From UHGV virus genome UHGV-0069047: a stretch of DNA of 40,276 bases. One strand, written 5' to 3'. Positions 17,030 to 26,368 of the stretch are shown here, piece after piece. A model generated the notes under the pieces. It did not search any database, was not told where the DNA came from, and was given only the letters and a program-made list of their open reading frames with translations. Within the stretch, counting starts at the first letter, position 1; the number at the start of each line of letters is the position of its first letter. Source of the DNA: a virus. A program made the translations under genes and the position numbers.

Positions 17030-19500
17030 CAGAATCCCCCAACAGTAAGGCGAGGAATAACGGCAAGAACAGACAGCGGCAACGGGTCAAGCTGACGGAT
17101 TTTTACACGTCCGTTTTTGCCCCAGTTACTGTCCAGTTTCACTTCTACTTTTCCGGTAGCATCATCAACAGGATCATCGTAGAACTCGAATTCACGCTGT
17201 GGATATTCGTACCATTTACCGCCGGGCGTAGTCGCCCAGATGCCGCGACTGGCATTCACAACCAGAGTAACTGACGGGATCGCCTGTTTTTTGTCCAGCA
17301 GCGTTTCCTGTCCGTTAATGTTGATATCCAGTGTTTCGAATTCAGCAGTTATTGGCAGGCCGATGTGCACAACAGCCCCCGGTGATTCCAGCGTGACGGC
17401 ACCTCCGGAAACCACTTTTTGTGGTTCCACGTTCGCATCAGAGAGGATGTTTACGGTCTGGCCTTCAAGATGAGACAAGCCGCCAAATGTCCGGCGCGCC
17501 ATCTGCCAGTTCGTGGTGGCCGCATTCCTGAGGGATGGCGGGACGTTCCTGTTGGCACGAACAACTACAGCGGTATTGCTTGTTACAGAAATAATGTCGC
17601 AACGTAATTCTTTTGACACTTCATCGCCAGTACCAGGATCAGTTACGGTATAAGGGAACTGTAGTTGCGCACCGACATCACTACTGGTGAAGTACGCACC
17701 ACCAGAAACACTGATTGTATATTCCGCGCTGTAATCCCATTCACCAGAACCACCAGTGATGGTCATCGTTCTGTCAGACGTATTTCTTCCATCATAGCTA
17801 AGGCCAGAATCAACAAAGAAAGCATCTTCATCGCTGGTAAATAAACGGCTGGACAGTCTCTCGATGTATCTCACTGTTTGCCCGTTAACGATTCGGTTAA
17901 CGACGAAATACACCGCATCTTCATTTCCTTCGCTGATACTGCATGTGCTTTCATATTTTCCGGTACTGGACTGTGGTGCCCATGCAAAAACCTGTTGATC
18001 ACGCAAATAGGTCATCACCAGTAATTTACCGTCATCACGAATGCAGAAGGCGCTGGAGTAAGGGACAATAGAGAAGCACCAGTCAACAATGCTGTGCTTC
18101 TGAAAAAGATGATTAGCAAGGATGGTCAGGTCGTTCCCCTGATAGCCGTCAACATCGAATGAGTAGGCCAGATCACGGACAACGCTGCCTTTCTCCTGGA
18201 CGAACAGAGCAATATTCGCCACAGCAATTGGTGGGACGTTGCTTGAGCCATTTGATCCCTGAGAGCTGAATGCAAATGATGATGGGGTTAACACTTTGTT
18301 CTGGTCGCCGGTGATGACGTACTCACCTCCGGAAGTCAGTGCCACCAGCGAACCGACATCAATCAGGTGGCGGATCTCATTAACCTGACGCCCGGCATAG
18401 GTGTAGATAATTCTGTCGTCATCCTGCGTAGGATTGCTTTTGCCAAAATCCTTATAATCCCCGGTACGGCTGGCCCAGATAGTCTGAGGGAACGCAGTCG
18501 ATGCGGCGAAGTAAAGACGTTGTTGATAATAAACAACAGTGCCAGGATAACCATTAACACTGTTCCAGGCATATTTAGCCCATTTATAGCTGGCATTATC
18601 CTCGCCAACGACCTGCGAAGGGATATAGGAAATCACCTCGGCAGTTGCAGTAGTGCCATTTACAGCAGTTATACGGGCAATGCCAAAACCACTGTGCAGA
18701 TACTCCCACTCAATGCCAGTATCATCATCACCGGAGCCGCCCCAGCCATCCCATGATGTGCCTTCTGTATGCGAAGGGCGCAAAGTGCCTGTTTTGCCTG
18801 CTGTAACGGCGCGATAGTAGTTACTGTCTGCACGGCGAATATCGCCAATCGACGTACTCTTACTGGTTTCCCATACCGGTACTGAATCCACTGCTGGCTG
18901 TTCCAGATAGAACAATTTGCCTACCTGCTCCGCGCCAAAAATAGAGGCGCTTGCCGTTAACGTAATTGTCCCGGTGCTGGCGCTGGCATAAACCGTCACT
19001 GACTCGTCAATATTGATATCTTCAAATGGCCCGTTCTTCGTTACCACATCAACCAGTTGCCAGTTGTCATGCGCATAGCGGCGCAACTCTTTCGGCGGGT
19101 ATGCCGGATGAACCAGCGTAAGCACGTCTGCGCTTTGCGTGAATTTAATTCTGAACAGATCGGCTTCAGTATATGGCGTGGCAATTTCATAAATAACATT
19201 GCTGCTGTTCAGCACCAACGCACCATCTTTGATAACGCGCATGTACTGGTGTCCGAACTCCAGAGCATAGGTCTGAACCGTCGAGAACTGGAACGGGATC
19301 AGGCGGCATTTCCGATTTGGGTATTTGGCGGCACCAACAAAACGCGTACCAGGTCGATTCTCAACGCCGCCATACTGCCGCACGATAAAGTTATCGCACT
19401 TGCGCAATGCCACCTGGTACTTCGCCATGTCGATACGACCATACAACGATGGTCCAATCTCACCACCGGCAAAGCTGGGCTGGATCCAACTGATAGCCAT
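17029..19500 (-). CDS. tail tubular protein B-like (nozzle)
   Basis: 823 aa; size, position and N-terminal pattern (MAISWIQPSFAGGEIGPS) resemble T7 gp12-type proteins. Confidence 0.6.
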   Translation of the reverse strand: MAISWIQPSFAGGEIGPSLYGRIDMAKYQVALRKCDNFIVRQYGGVENRPGTRFVGAAKYPNRKCRLIPFQFSTVQTYALEFGHQYMRVIKDGALVLNSSNVIYEIATPYTEADLFRIKFTQSADVLTLVHPAYPPKELRRYAHDNWQLVDVVTKNGPFEDINIDESVTVYASASTGTITLTASASIFGAEQVGKLFYLEQPAVDSVPVWETSKSTSIGDIRRADSNYYRAVTAGKTGTLRPSHTEGTSWDGWGGSGDDDTGIEWEYLHSGFGIARITAVNGTTATAEVISYIPSQVVGEDNASYKWAKYAWNSVNGYPGTVVYYQQRLYFAASTAFPQTIWASRTGDYKDFGKSNPTQDDDRIIYTYAGRQVNEIRHLIDVGSLVALTSGGEYVITGDQNKVLTPSSFAFSSQGSNGSSNVPPIAVANIALFVQEKGSVVRDLAYSFDVDGYQGNDLTILANHLFQKHSIVDWCFSIVPYSSAFCIRDDGKLLVMTYLRDQQVFAWAPQSSTGKYESTCSISEGNEDAVYFVVNRIVNGQTVRYIERLSSRLFTSDEDAFFVDSGLSYDGRNTSDRTMTITGGSGEWDYSAEYTISVSGGAYFTSSDVGAQLQFPYTVTDPGTGDEVSKELRCDIISVTSNTAVVVRANRNVPPSLRNAATTNWQMARRTFGGLSHLEGQTVNILSDANVEPQKVVSGGAVTLESPGAVVHIGLPITAEFETLDININGQETLLDKKQAIPSVTLVVNASRGIWATTPGGKWYEYPQREFEFYDDPVDDATGKVEVKLDSNWGKNGRVKIRQLDPLPLSVLAVIPRLTVGGF

Positions 19501-20108
19501 CAGGACAACCTCGCAATGGTAAACTCGTCAACCGGTGGCTGTGGTTCCTGTGATTCATTCTGGCTATGCGAACCAGCACTAAGAATCACGCGATTGTACA
19601 TCTTGAGAGCAAATGTACCGAGATCCGCATTCCCAGTCAGCGCCATGTTAATAGCTGCCGCAAGACGCCAGGCCAACGCCTCCATAAAAATGGCATCAAA
19701 CATGTTCACATCTGAAACGCGAGAGACATACTTGAGCCATGCCTGAGGCTGGTCTGTGTAGATCAACTTTCCTGTTCCGTTGGTGTCTGCACCAACTTCG
19801 TACTGAACGCGCATTGCTGCTGTTGGATTGCGTACACCAGGAAGCATAATTTCACTAATGCGCAGACAATCGGACGGGTACTGATACGCATATTCCCAGT
19901 CAGGCGGTGGATTGCTCGTATCTGCAAGCGCCACGCGTTTGGTAGCAAAGTTCCAGTCAAAATCAGAAAGCACAGCATCACGGCAGGCCTCAAAGTGCAG
20001 CGAACATTCCCCCGCTTCCTTGCTGGCTTCCGTCAGGCTGTTAATGCTGCGGCTGTTGCCAATATTGGACAGCGCACGATTACAGATCTCTACTACAGAG
20101 GCCATCAC
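19500..20108 (-). CDS. tail tubular protein A-like
   Basis: 202 aa immediately upstream of the gp12-like gene, as in T7 gp11. Confidence 0.55.
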   Translation of the reverse strand: MMASVVEICNRALSNIGNSRSINSLTEASKEAGECSLHFEACRDAVLSDFDWNFATKRVALADTSNPPPDWEYAYQYPSDCLRISEIMLPGVRNPTAAMRVQYEVGADTNGTGKLIYTDQPQAWLKYVSRVSDVNMFDAIFMEALAWRLAAAINMALTGNADLGTFALKMYNRVILSAGSHSQNESQEPQPPVDEFTIARLS

Positions 20109-20434
20109 TCACCTCCGTTACCGTACAGAGTTTCAGCCGCTGATTTTTCTACATCCCCGGAAACAGGAGCGATCGCCATATCAGTGATCTGCAGATCGGC
20201 GCTGCGATTAACGCCATCGTCAGTTTCTCTGGCAGACAGGCCTCGAATAACAGCCTTTGCAGTTATCATCACTTCTGTTCCGACGCCCTGAGGTTGCGCC
20301 TTCAGCTTATTCAATGTGTCGTTATTAAGAGTGATGCACAGCCCCCACGGGTATTCATCGCGAGTTCTGGTTTCTCCGCTCTCATCCTGGTAGCTGTCAG
20401 TGCCGGTTTTGAGGTTTACGAGTTCCATATACAC
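20105..20434 (-). CDS. hypothetical virion protein
   Basis: ORF in structural operon; start may be M3 (MELVNLK). Confidence 0.4.
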   Translation of the reverse strand: MYMELVNLKTGTDSYQDESGETRTRDEYPWGLCITLNNDTLNKLKAQPQGVGTEVMITAKAVIRGLSARETDDGVNRSADLQITDMAIAPVSGDVEKSAAETLYGNGGE

Positions 20435-20478
20435 TCCTGCAATAAAGGGGCCGAAGCCCCTTGTCTGATTCGCGAGGC

Positions 20479-20823
20479 TTACACGCCCAGTTCTTTACGC
20501 TTATCTGCGATCTTCTCGCGGAGCGTTTCGGCTTTGGCGTTATGGTGTGGCTTCTCGTTAAAGAGCAATTCGTACTCTTCACGGAGCTGCTCCAGTTCAC
20601 CATCATCTGACACATCGTTGATGATTTTGGTGCTGGTTTCTGCCATTGACACCTTTCCTGCAACTTTTGCTTTTGCCTGTCTGGCTGCATCGTTAACAGG
20701 TTCCAGTGCGCTACCAGGCTCACCTTCGTATTCGATTTCTGCCCCCTCCGGCCACAGTGTGTTATGGATATGAGAGAGGCGCAGAACGCGGTATCTTGGT
20801 TTCTCACCTGACATCGATATCAC
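20479..20823 (-). CDS. hypothetical virion protein (114 aa)
   Basis: ORF in structural operon, charged C-terminus. Confidence 0.4.
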   Translation of the reverse strand: MISMSGEKPRYRVLRLSHIHNTLWPEGAEIEYEGEPGSALEPVNDAARQAKAKVAGKVSMAETSTKIINDVSDDGELEQLREEYELLFNEKPHHNAKAETLREKIADKRKELGV

Positions 20824-20824
20824 C

Positions 20825-21262
20825 TTAACCAGTTACTTTTGAGCGGATCGGGTACGGCGTATTGGCATCAACATCCAGACTGATACCCGCAGTGAATTTG
20901 CCGGCCGTTAGTGGGCCAGTTGCGACGGAGTAGTTAACACGCAAATATCGCTGAACACCGGCAGGCACCTTTGCAGAAACAACTCGTTTACCTGCTATCA
21001 GGGTAGCCTTTGCCAGTGCGCCACTATCATAAATAGTGGACCATGAGCTGTTATTCTCACTCGTCTGCAACTGGATGTTTACAGTTGCCTCACCACTTGC
21101 CGTGGCGGCTTCGTTAACCAGCGCCCAAAACTCAAGCGGATAACCCACGCCGATATCTCGACGGCTCCCATCAATTGGACCGAGATCGATTACGTCAGTA
21201 GAAGCTGCGGTATTCGTAACCGCCTGAGCTTCGGAGAACATCAACAGTTTGTCGGTGATCAT
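20825..21262 (-). CDS. possible minor capsid or decoration protein (145 aa)
   Basis: Immediately downstream of major capsid gene. Confidence 0.4.
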   Translation of the reverse strand: MITDKLLMFSEAQAVTNTAASTDVIDLGPIDGSRRDIGVGYPLEFWALVNEAATASGEATVNIQLQTSENNSSWSTIYDSGALAKATLIAGKRVVSAKVPAGVQRYLRVNYSVATGPLTAGKFTAGISLDVDANTPYPIRSKVTG

Positions 21263-21313
21263 CTTCTTTCTCCATTAGTGGGTCTGTTACGACCCACAGG
21301 TTAATAACAGGCG

Positions 21314-22306
21314 TTACACCACGCGGGCTTCTGTTTCCAGAAGTGCATCAGTTTCACGGATTGGTACACCACGGAATGACGTCCACCACTCGCCTTCAGT
21401 CTCTTTTACGCTAATCGCCAGAGATGTTTTCTCCAGAGACTGCAGATCAAGAGCCTGGCCTACAGTGCGGTTCATGTAGAACACCGGGCGACCCATGCCA
21501 CGGTTTGGAATGCGATGCAGTGCTTTAACCATCAACTTCGCAATATTTGCGGCAGAGGAAGGTTCTGAAAGATTGCTGACATCGATGTTTGCAATGCGAA
21601 CAACATAACGCCAGTCACGCAGAGCAAGTCCGTTATCCCATTTGTAATGGGTGCGATAGCCTTCGTACTTGCCGCCATTAGCATCTTCCAGTGTCACCTG
21701 GCCTTTATCTTCCATCTGGATTCCAGCCTTCTGCCCTTTCGGGAAGATGCCATGCACGGTGTTTTCTCCCCACACCACTAACCAGATTGAGGTGTTATCT
21801 GTACCCGTGCCACCAGCATCAATGATGTTCTGAGCATTACCCGCAGACAGGCTGGAATAGCGGGAGGACAGTCCCATAAACTGCTGAGGGTTAACGCTGG
21901 AATCACCATAAAACAGAGTCTGCGCCATCTGCTGATTCATCGCTTCAATAAATGCGCGGTCTTCAGACAGGCGGAATTCGGCGGTATTGCCGTTCAGATC
22001 AGCCAGTGACTTATCGACTTCCGCATAGGTTTCCAGCATGCCAACGGAATCGGTGACCTGCACTGTGGTTGATTTGCTTGGCTGTACGCCATAGTTCAGC
22101 AAACGCCAGGTGGCTGAAGGTAAACCAGAACGAATGGTGGTTCGGTGTCCGGTAGGAAGGTTCCCTTCGACAAAAGGCATATCCTGAAGGATCGGGTTAG
22201 TTTGACCGAGAAGCTCGATAATCTTATCGACTTTCCCGTTTGGATCGACGCGCTTACCCCAGTCAGCCAGCGTTAGCGCAGTTAAGCCTTTAACAGCCAT
22301 TGTCAT
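21314..22306 (-). CDS. major capsid protein
   Basis: 330 aa, follows scaffold gene; typical size and position. Confidence 0.7.
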   Translation of the reverse strand: MTMAVKGLTALTLADWGKRVDPNGKVDKIIELLGQTNPILQDMPFVEGNLPTGHRTTIRSGLPSATWRLLNYGVQPSKSTTVQVTDSVGMLETYAEVDKSLADLNGNTAEFRLSEDRAFIEAMNQQMAQTLFYGDSSVNPQQFMGLSSRYSSLSAGNAQNIIDAGGTGTDNTSIWLVVWGENTVHGIFPKGQKAGIQMEDKGQVTLEDANGGKYEGYRTHYKWDNGLALRDWRYVVRIANIDVSNLSEPSSAANIAKLMVKALHRIPNRGMGRPVFYMNRTVGQALDLQSLEKTSLAISVKETEGEWWTSFRGVPIRETDALLETEARVV

Positions 22307-22314
22307 TTCCTCTC

Positions 22315-23016
22315 TTATTTGCCATAGAGCACTTCGGCCGCACTACGCTGGCCTTCATTACCACCGGTGACCATGCCATCTTCAGACATCGCCTTTCCGA
22401 TTTTCACGAACGTCTTGACCAGATCAGGGTGATTACCCAGCCCGGTGGTGTTCAGATATTCTTTGAGTTCAGGTGTCCCGAACTGGTCAAGCGCACGCTG
22501 TGCGGCGCTAAGGTTAGAAATCAACTTGTCGCCACCGATTTCTTTGTCAGCTTTTACATCAGCAGCCCACTGCTCGGTCGTTTTCTGCCAGGCTTCTGCC
22601 TGGCGCTGCTGAACACCTGCCAGAATCTTCGGATAAGCATCAACCAGCTTTTGCGCTTGCTCGTTGGTCAGGTTAAGTTCTCGCGCCACCGGCTCGAATT
22701 CCTTCAACGCTTCTGTATCCAGCTCTACGCCTTCGGCAGCCTGAAACTCGTACTTCTCCGGCGCACCCTCTGGTTTATCGCCGTCCTTTTTTTCATCCTG
22801 CTTATCGTTTTCATGCTTTTTGTCATCAGCAGGTTTATCGCCATCAGCAACAGGTTGTGGCTTATCACCTTCCTGTTGTGATGGATCACCAGCTGGATCA
22901 GGGTTATCACCTGCAGGCGCTGACGGTTCTGACGCAGCCGGAGCTGCCCCACCATCGACTTGTTGCTCATTGCAAAGACGGCGATACAGCAAACGCTCAA
23001 ATAAACTCATGATCAC
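22315..23016 (-). CDS. scaffolding protein
   Basis: Acidic, Pro/Ala/Asp-rich low-complexity N-terminus and helical C-terminus, between portal and capsid. Confidence 0.6.
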   Translation of the reverse strand: MIMSLFERLLYRRLCNEQQVDGGAAPAASEPSAPAGDNPDPAGDPSQQEGDKPQPVADGDKPADDKKHENDKQDEKKDGDKPEGAPEKYEFQAAEGVELDTEALKEFEPVARELNLTNEQAQKLVDAYPKILAGVQQRQAEAWQKTTEQWAADVKADKEIGGDKLISNLSAAQRALDQFGTPELKEYLNTTGLGNHPDLVKTFVKIGKAMSEDGMVTGGNEGQRSAAEVLYGK

Positions 23017-23309
23017 TCCTGTTCACTGGCCTCTTTGGCCATCTTCAAATACTGTTCAGGGCAATGCGCCATAACGCGCTGAAACAGTTCCAGCGCCAGA
23101 TTGCGTTGCCCCTCATTAAATGCCATTGCCATAGCGTCCATCGGTGAGATAGCGGAAAACACACGACCTTTCTCCAGCACAGACCAGACAACGCGACGCC
23201 CCTGTTCACTGCTCATGACAAAGCGAATGTCATCAATTTCACGCTGTGCCATGTCACGTTGCTTACGGGCGTTTTCTTCTTTCAGTTGATCGTCTTCGTA
23301 ATCTGTCAT
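23013..23309 (-). CDS. hypothetical head-assembly protein (98 aa)
   Basis: Overlapping starts/stops with portal and scaffold genes. Confidence 0.45.
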   Translation of the reverse strand: MTDYEDDQLKEENARKQRDMAQREIDDIRFVMSSEQGRRVVWSVLEKGRVFSAISPMDAMAMAFNEGQRNLALELFQRVMAHCPEQYLKMAKEASEQE

Positions 23310-24985
23310 TGTGATTGCCCACCCTGACCACTAACTGCATTCGCCATAGCTGACAAAACACTCGGATCCGAAGTTTTAGCTTCGCTTAGCGTCTTGGCAC
23401 CCTGTGCCGCCGCCATCCCCATCGCCATCATTTGTTGCTGCTGTTGCTGCTGTGCCCGTTGCTGGCGAGCATGCTCAACCTGTTCCTGCGGAACAATGAC
23501 GGTTGGAGACACTCCGGACATATCAGCGAATGCATCGATCGCCTGATCAACGTTGAGTTTGTCGAGAGCTTCTGGTTTCGCTTGCGCAAGTTGACCAATG
23601 AAGTTAACCGTGGACGCCAGACTGGACAGGCCGATAGACTTCTGCGCCTGAGCCATGACGGAAATGTATTCGACCTTCAGGGGCATGCCTTCCATCGCGT
23701 CAGGCGGTGGCGGCAGCATGTTTTTACGCACCATCATCGAGAAAGCGCGGTCAATGAGAGGATTAAGACATTCGTCGTTCAGACGCTCCAGAACCGGCCC
23801 CAACATCAGAAGTTTTTCTTCTTTCATTTCGATCACCGCTTCAACAGGCATCGAGCGGGTATTGATGTTCTGCAACATCATGAACAGATCGACAAAGTAG
23901 GCGCTGTTAATGATTTGACGAGTGTCCTGAATGTCTGCCACCAAATCTGCTGTACTGGGATTAACCAGATAAGCAGGCCTGAAGCCATCCTGACCAGTAA
24001 TCTGATCGATATACGTGATGTCGCCAGGAAGAAGGGAGGCGCGCTGATTCTTGAGGGAAGTCGGAGCAACCATCGGCGGATTGGTGGCTTTATCAATCAA
24101 CTGCGACTTGCGCTTCTGGAGAAGCTGCAATGCCTTAACAGGTCCAAGCGCCAGCATGCCCGGGCATGATGATCCATAAACATCTTCGCCGTTAACTTCC
24201 CAGCGCGGAGCCATAATTGGAAACTCATCGAATCCGGACTCACGCAACAACTTGTCGTTATCGCCACCAACCTCGTAATAAACCGATTTGAATGGCTTGT
24301 TCTTGCTATCCAGCTTCGATGTATCGCGGTCAATGTTCGGGTAAACCGAATGCATCACTTCAATCCACTTCTCGTAGGTGCCGCTTTCCCACATGCTTTT
24401 TACGGATTCGCTGACGTTATTTAGCCCGAACTCCTGAACAAGCTGACGAACAGTCATAGAGAACTTGCGAAAACAGGTGTCCACACTGCCACGAGGTGAG
24501 TTAGCCAGGTAGTAACTGCCTATCGGGAATGGCATTGTGCGAATGATGTCCTCGTCATCCTCCAGCACTGCCATTGCACCAGTGCTGTATGTGCCGAGGC
24601 TTCCGTATAACTGCGGCAGCGACTGATAGAGATTCGACTTATTGAACATATCGTTCATGCGGTTCTGCACCGCCTCAAGCCACAACTTAACAGGGCCATA
24701 ATCCATCATTTCAGGATCTGGCGTAGCCAGGCGAAACCACGGACGCGCGGGGCTTGTGATGCCTGACATCATGCCGCTGGCGAGAGTGCGCGCCGCCATA
24801 GTCCCGGTCGAATCAATAATGCGTGTATTGCGTCGATCGTTACGGTTGACCTCAGAAGTCAGAAAGCGGGAACCACGCGGGTTGATGTAATCACTCAACT
24901 CGCGCCAGTGCGGCTCGAACGACTGACGCTCGCTTTCAAGTTGTGCGAACTGTTTGTTCAATCGCTCTTTAGTTGTTTCCGCCAT
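23306..24985 (-). CDS. portal (head-to-tail connector) protein
   Basis: 559 aa; resembles podovirus head-to-tail connector family; poly-Gln C-terminal tail; SD GGAG. Confidence 0.75.
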   Translation of the reverse strand: MAETTKERLNKQFAQLESERQSFEPHWRELSDYINPRGSRFLTSEVNRNDRRNTRIIDSTGTMAARTLASGMMSGITSPARPWFRLATPDPEMMDYGPVKLWLEAVQNRMNDMFNKSNLYQSLPQLYGSLGTYSTGAMAVLEDDEDIIRTMPFPIGSYYLANSPRGSVDTCFRKFSMTVRQLVQEFGLNNVSESVKSMWESGTYEKWIEVMHSVYPNIDRDTSKLDSKNKPFKSVYYEVGGDNDKLLRESGFDEFPIMAPRWEVNGEDVYGSSCPGMLALGPVKALQLLQKRKSQLIDKATNPPMVAPTSLKNQRASLLPGDITYIDQITGQDGFRPAYLVNPSTADLVADIQDTRQIINSAYFVDLFMMLQNINTRSMPVEAVIEMKEEKLLMLGPVLERLNDECLNPLIDRAFSMMVRKNMLPPPPDAMEGMPLKVEYISVMAQAQKSIGLSSLASTVNFIGQLAQAKPEALDKLNVDQAIDAFADMSGVSPTVIVPQEQVEHARQQRAQQQQQQQMMAMGMAAAQGAKTLSEAKTSDPSVLSAMANAVSGQGGQSQ

Positions 24986-24999
24986 TTCAATGACTCCGG

Positions 25000-25206
25000 T
25001 TACTGACCAAGCAGCGTTTTACCGCTGGTATTAGCAGTTGATGTGTCGCCCTGAGAACCGGTAAGCAGCGTAGAACTACGACCAGCAGCAGCGCGACGGC
25101 GACGAGTTTCTTCGTCGCGGGCATCAACAACGGCGGCATCCTGCTCCTGTGGTGCTGCCTGAACTTCTGGTGTTGCAGGCACTGATGGTGAGCTACCCAT
25201 GCACAT
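25000..25206 (-). CDS. possible small Ala/Gln-rich protein upstream of portal
   Basis: Same initiation context as portal (GGAGTCATTGA-ATG); low-complexity product. Confidence 0.3.
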   Translation of the reverse strand: MCMGSSPSVPATPEVQAAPQEQDAAVVDARDEETRRRRAAAGRSSTLLTGSQGDTSTANTSGKTLLGQ

Positions 25207-25296
25207 ATCAATGACTCCGTACGCAATTAAATTATTACCAATTTAACCATATATGATTTATTTATCGTAGATAGTTGACATTTAACGCACAAATTA

Positions 25297-25311
25297 TTAC
25301 CTTTCAGGTAA
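25297..25311. promoter_or_regulatory. operator-like palindrome TTACC-TTTCA-GGTAA
   Basis: Identical to site at 6486; TTGACA hexamer 17 nt upstream. Confidence 0.5.
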
Positions 25312-25631
25312 GCAAAGAGTTCATTCCGGTTATTAACCTGACTGGCTTGTCGTTAAATTGAACAGGTGGAGTGAGCTTTTATTTTGAGCAGTACGGCGTA
25401 TGGCACATGCGCCGATAGCGGTCTGGATACGTTTAAGGGGCACCCTCCCTTGCTCGGGCAAACGAACCAGGTAGCCGGAATGTGCAAGCCCCGTTCATAT
25501 CGTCGGACCGAGGACTCACCATCCTGGCGATTCGGTGTGACGCCTCGGAAGAGACGAGGGTACAACGATGAGAGCATTTATGGAGCCGCGACAAAGTGTG
25601 GCGCCTTAACAGGCTAAGTGCTCTCAGCGTT

Positions 25632-25708
25632 GTGGCATTAGCTCAGTTTGACAGAGCAACCGCCTTCTAAGCGGTTGGTCGCAGGTTCGAATCCTGCATG
25701 CCACGCCA
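25632..25708 (+). tRNA. tRNA-Arg (anticodon UCU), phage-encoded
   Basis: Hand-folded cloverleaf: 7-bp acceptor GTGGCAT/ATGCCAC, D-stem GCTC/GAGC, anticodon stem ACCGC/GCGGT with loop CTTCTAA, T-arm GCAGG-TTCGAAT-CCTGC, encoded CCA. Confidence 0.85.
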
Positions 25709-25752
25709 GAATCACGCCTAAGGACCGTGATGCCAGAAGTTCCAGGTGCTTG

Positions 25753-25796
25753 GCGGTGATAGTTTCCCTTGAAGGACTATCACCGCCCTTTTTACA
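25753..25796 (+). terminator. rho-independent terminator after tRNA
   Basis: 12-bp stem GGCGGTGATAGT/ACTATCACCGCC followed by CTTTTT. Confidence 0.6.
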
Positions 25797-25871
25797 GCAG
25801 GACGCCATTGCGATGACTTCATGCTGTAAACCCGTGCAGCCACGGAAGGCAGAACTCATTGCTTCCAGTTC

Positions 25872-25895
25872 GCCCGGTTCGCCGGGCATTTTTTT
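25872..25895 (+). terminator. terminator or attenuator hairpin abutting the next gene's SD
   Basis: GCCCGG-ttcg-CCGGGC followed by ATTTTTTT, then AAGGTGAG SD and ATG 25907. Confidence 0.55.
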
Positions 25896-25906
25896 AAGGT
25901 GAGATT

Positions 25907-26278
25907 ATGAACGACCAGCAAATCGAAAAAGAAATCGTTGAGAAAGGCAAAACGGCACCGCGCGTTACGCCAGACCATATCGAAGGCATTATTGCTCAGG
26001 AGGCATATTTCACAGCAGAAGATGGTGCCTTTGGCAAAGCCATAAAAGCGAAACATACTGGCGGAGAGGTAAACTACCAGCCGCACGAATCACTTTCTCT
26101 GCTGACGTTCTGCGTCCTGGTGCTGCGCAACGGCTTCACCGTCACCGGAGAGAGCGCCTGTGCAAGCCAGGAAAACTTTGATGCAGAAATTGGTCGGAAG
26201 ATTGCCCGGCAGAATGCTGTAAACAAAATCTGGATGCTCGAAGGTTACTTGCTGAAGCAGAAGCTAAGCGAGCAATAA
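25907..26278 (+). CDS. conserved hypothetical phage moron protein (123 aa)
   Basis: Strong SD; plus-strand gene inside minus-strand late operon; possibly gp49-like family, from memory only. Confidence 0.55.
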   Translation: MNDQQIEKEIVEKGKTAPRVTPDHIEGIIAQEAYFTAEDGAFGKAIKAKHTGGEVNYQPHESLSLLTFCVLVLRNGFTVTGESACASQENFDAEIGRKIARQNAVNKIWMLEGYLLKQKLSEQ

Positions 26279-26282
26279 CACC

Positions 26283-26294
26283 GTGACATGTCAC
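26283..26294. repeat. 12-bp palindrome GTGACATGTCAC (copy 2 of 3)
   Basis: Perfect palindrome 5 nt after stop of the 25907..26278 gene. Confidence 0.7.
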
Positions 26295-26298
26295 AAAC

Positions 26299-26326
26299 AG
26301 CCAGCCGATGAGCTGGCTTTGTTTTA
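26299..26326 (+). terminator. rho-independent terminator
   Basis: AGCCAGC-cgatga-GCTGGCT followed by TTGTTTTA. Confidence 0.6.
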
Positions 26327-26368
26327 TCCTCATCAGAGGATATCAACGACATTATCCCCACCAGCGGA

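Noticed and set aside
9550-20773. Numerous 60-230-aa ORFs on the plus strand inside the large minus-strand structural genes
   Set aside because: Fully nested antisense frames with no RBS and low-complexity translations; typical shadow ORFs.
25353-25617. Overlapping ORFs 25384..25617 (+) and 25353..25577 (-) as genes
   Set aside because: No SD, unusual Arg/Gly/Ser-rich composition and mutually overlapping frames; region more likely non-coding or structured RNA.
25632-25708. tRNA-Arg as host argU marking a prophage integration site
   Set aside because: The tRNA is internal to the phage, flanked on both sides by terminase and portal genes, and its stems differ from the host argU sequence as I recall it; no integrase adjacent.
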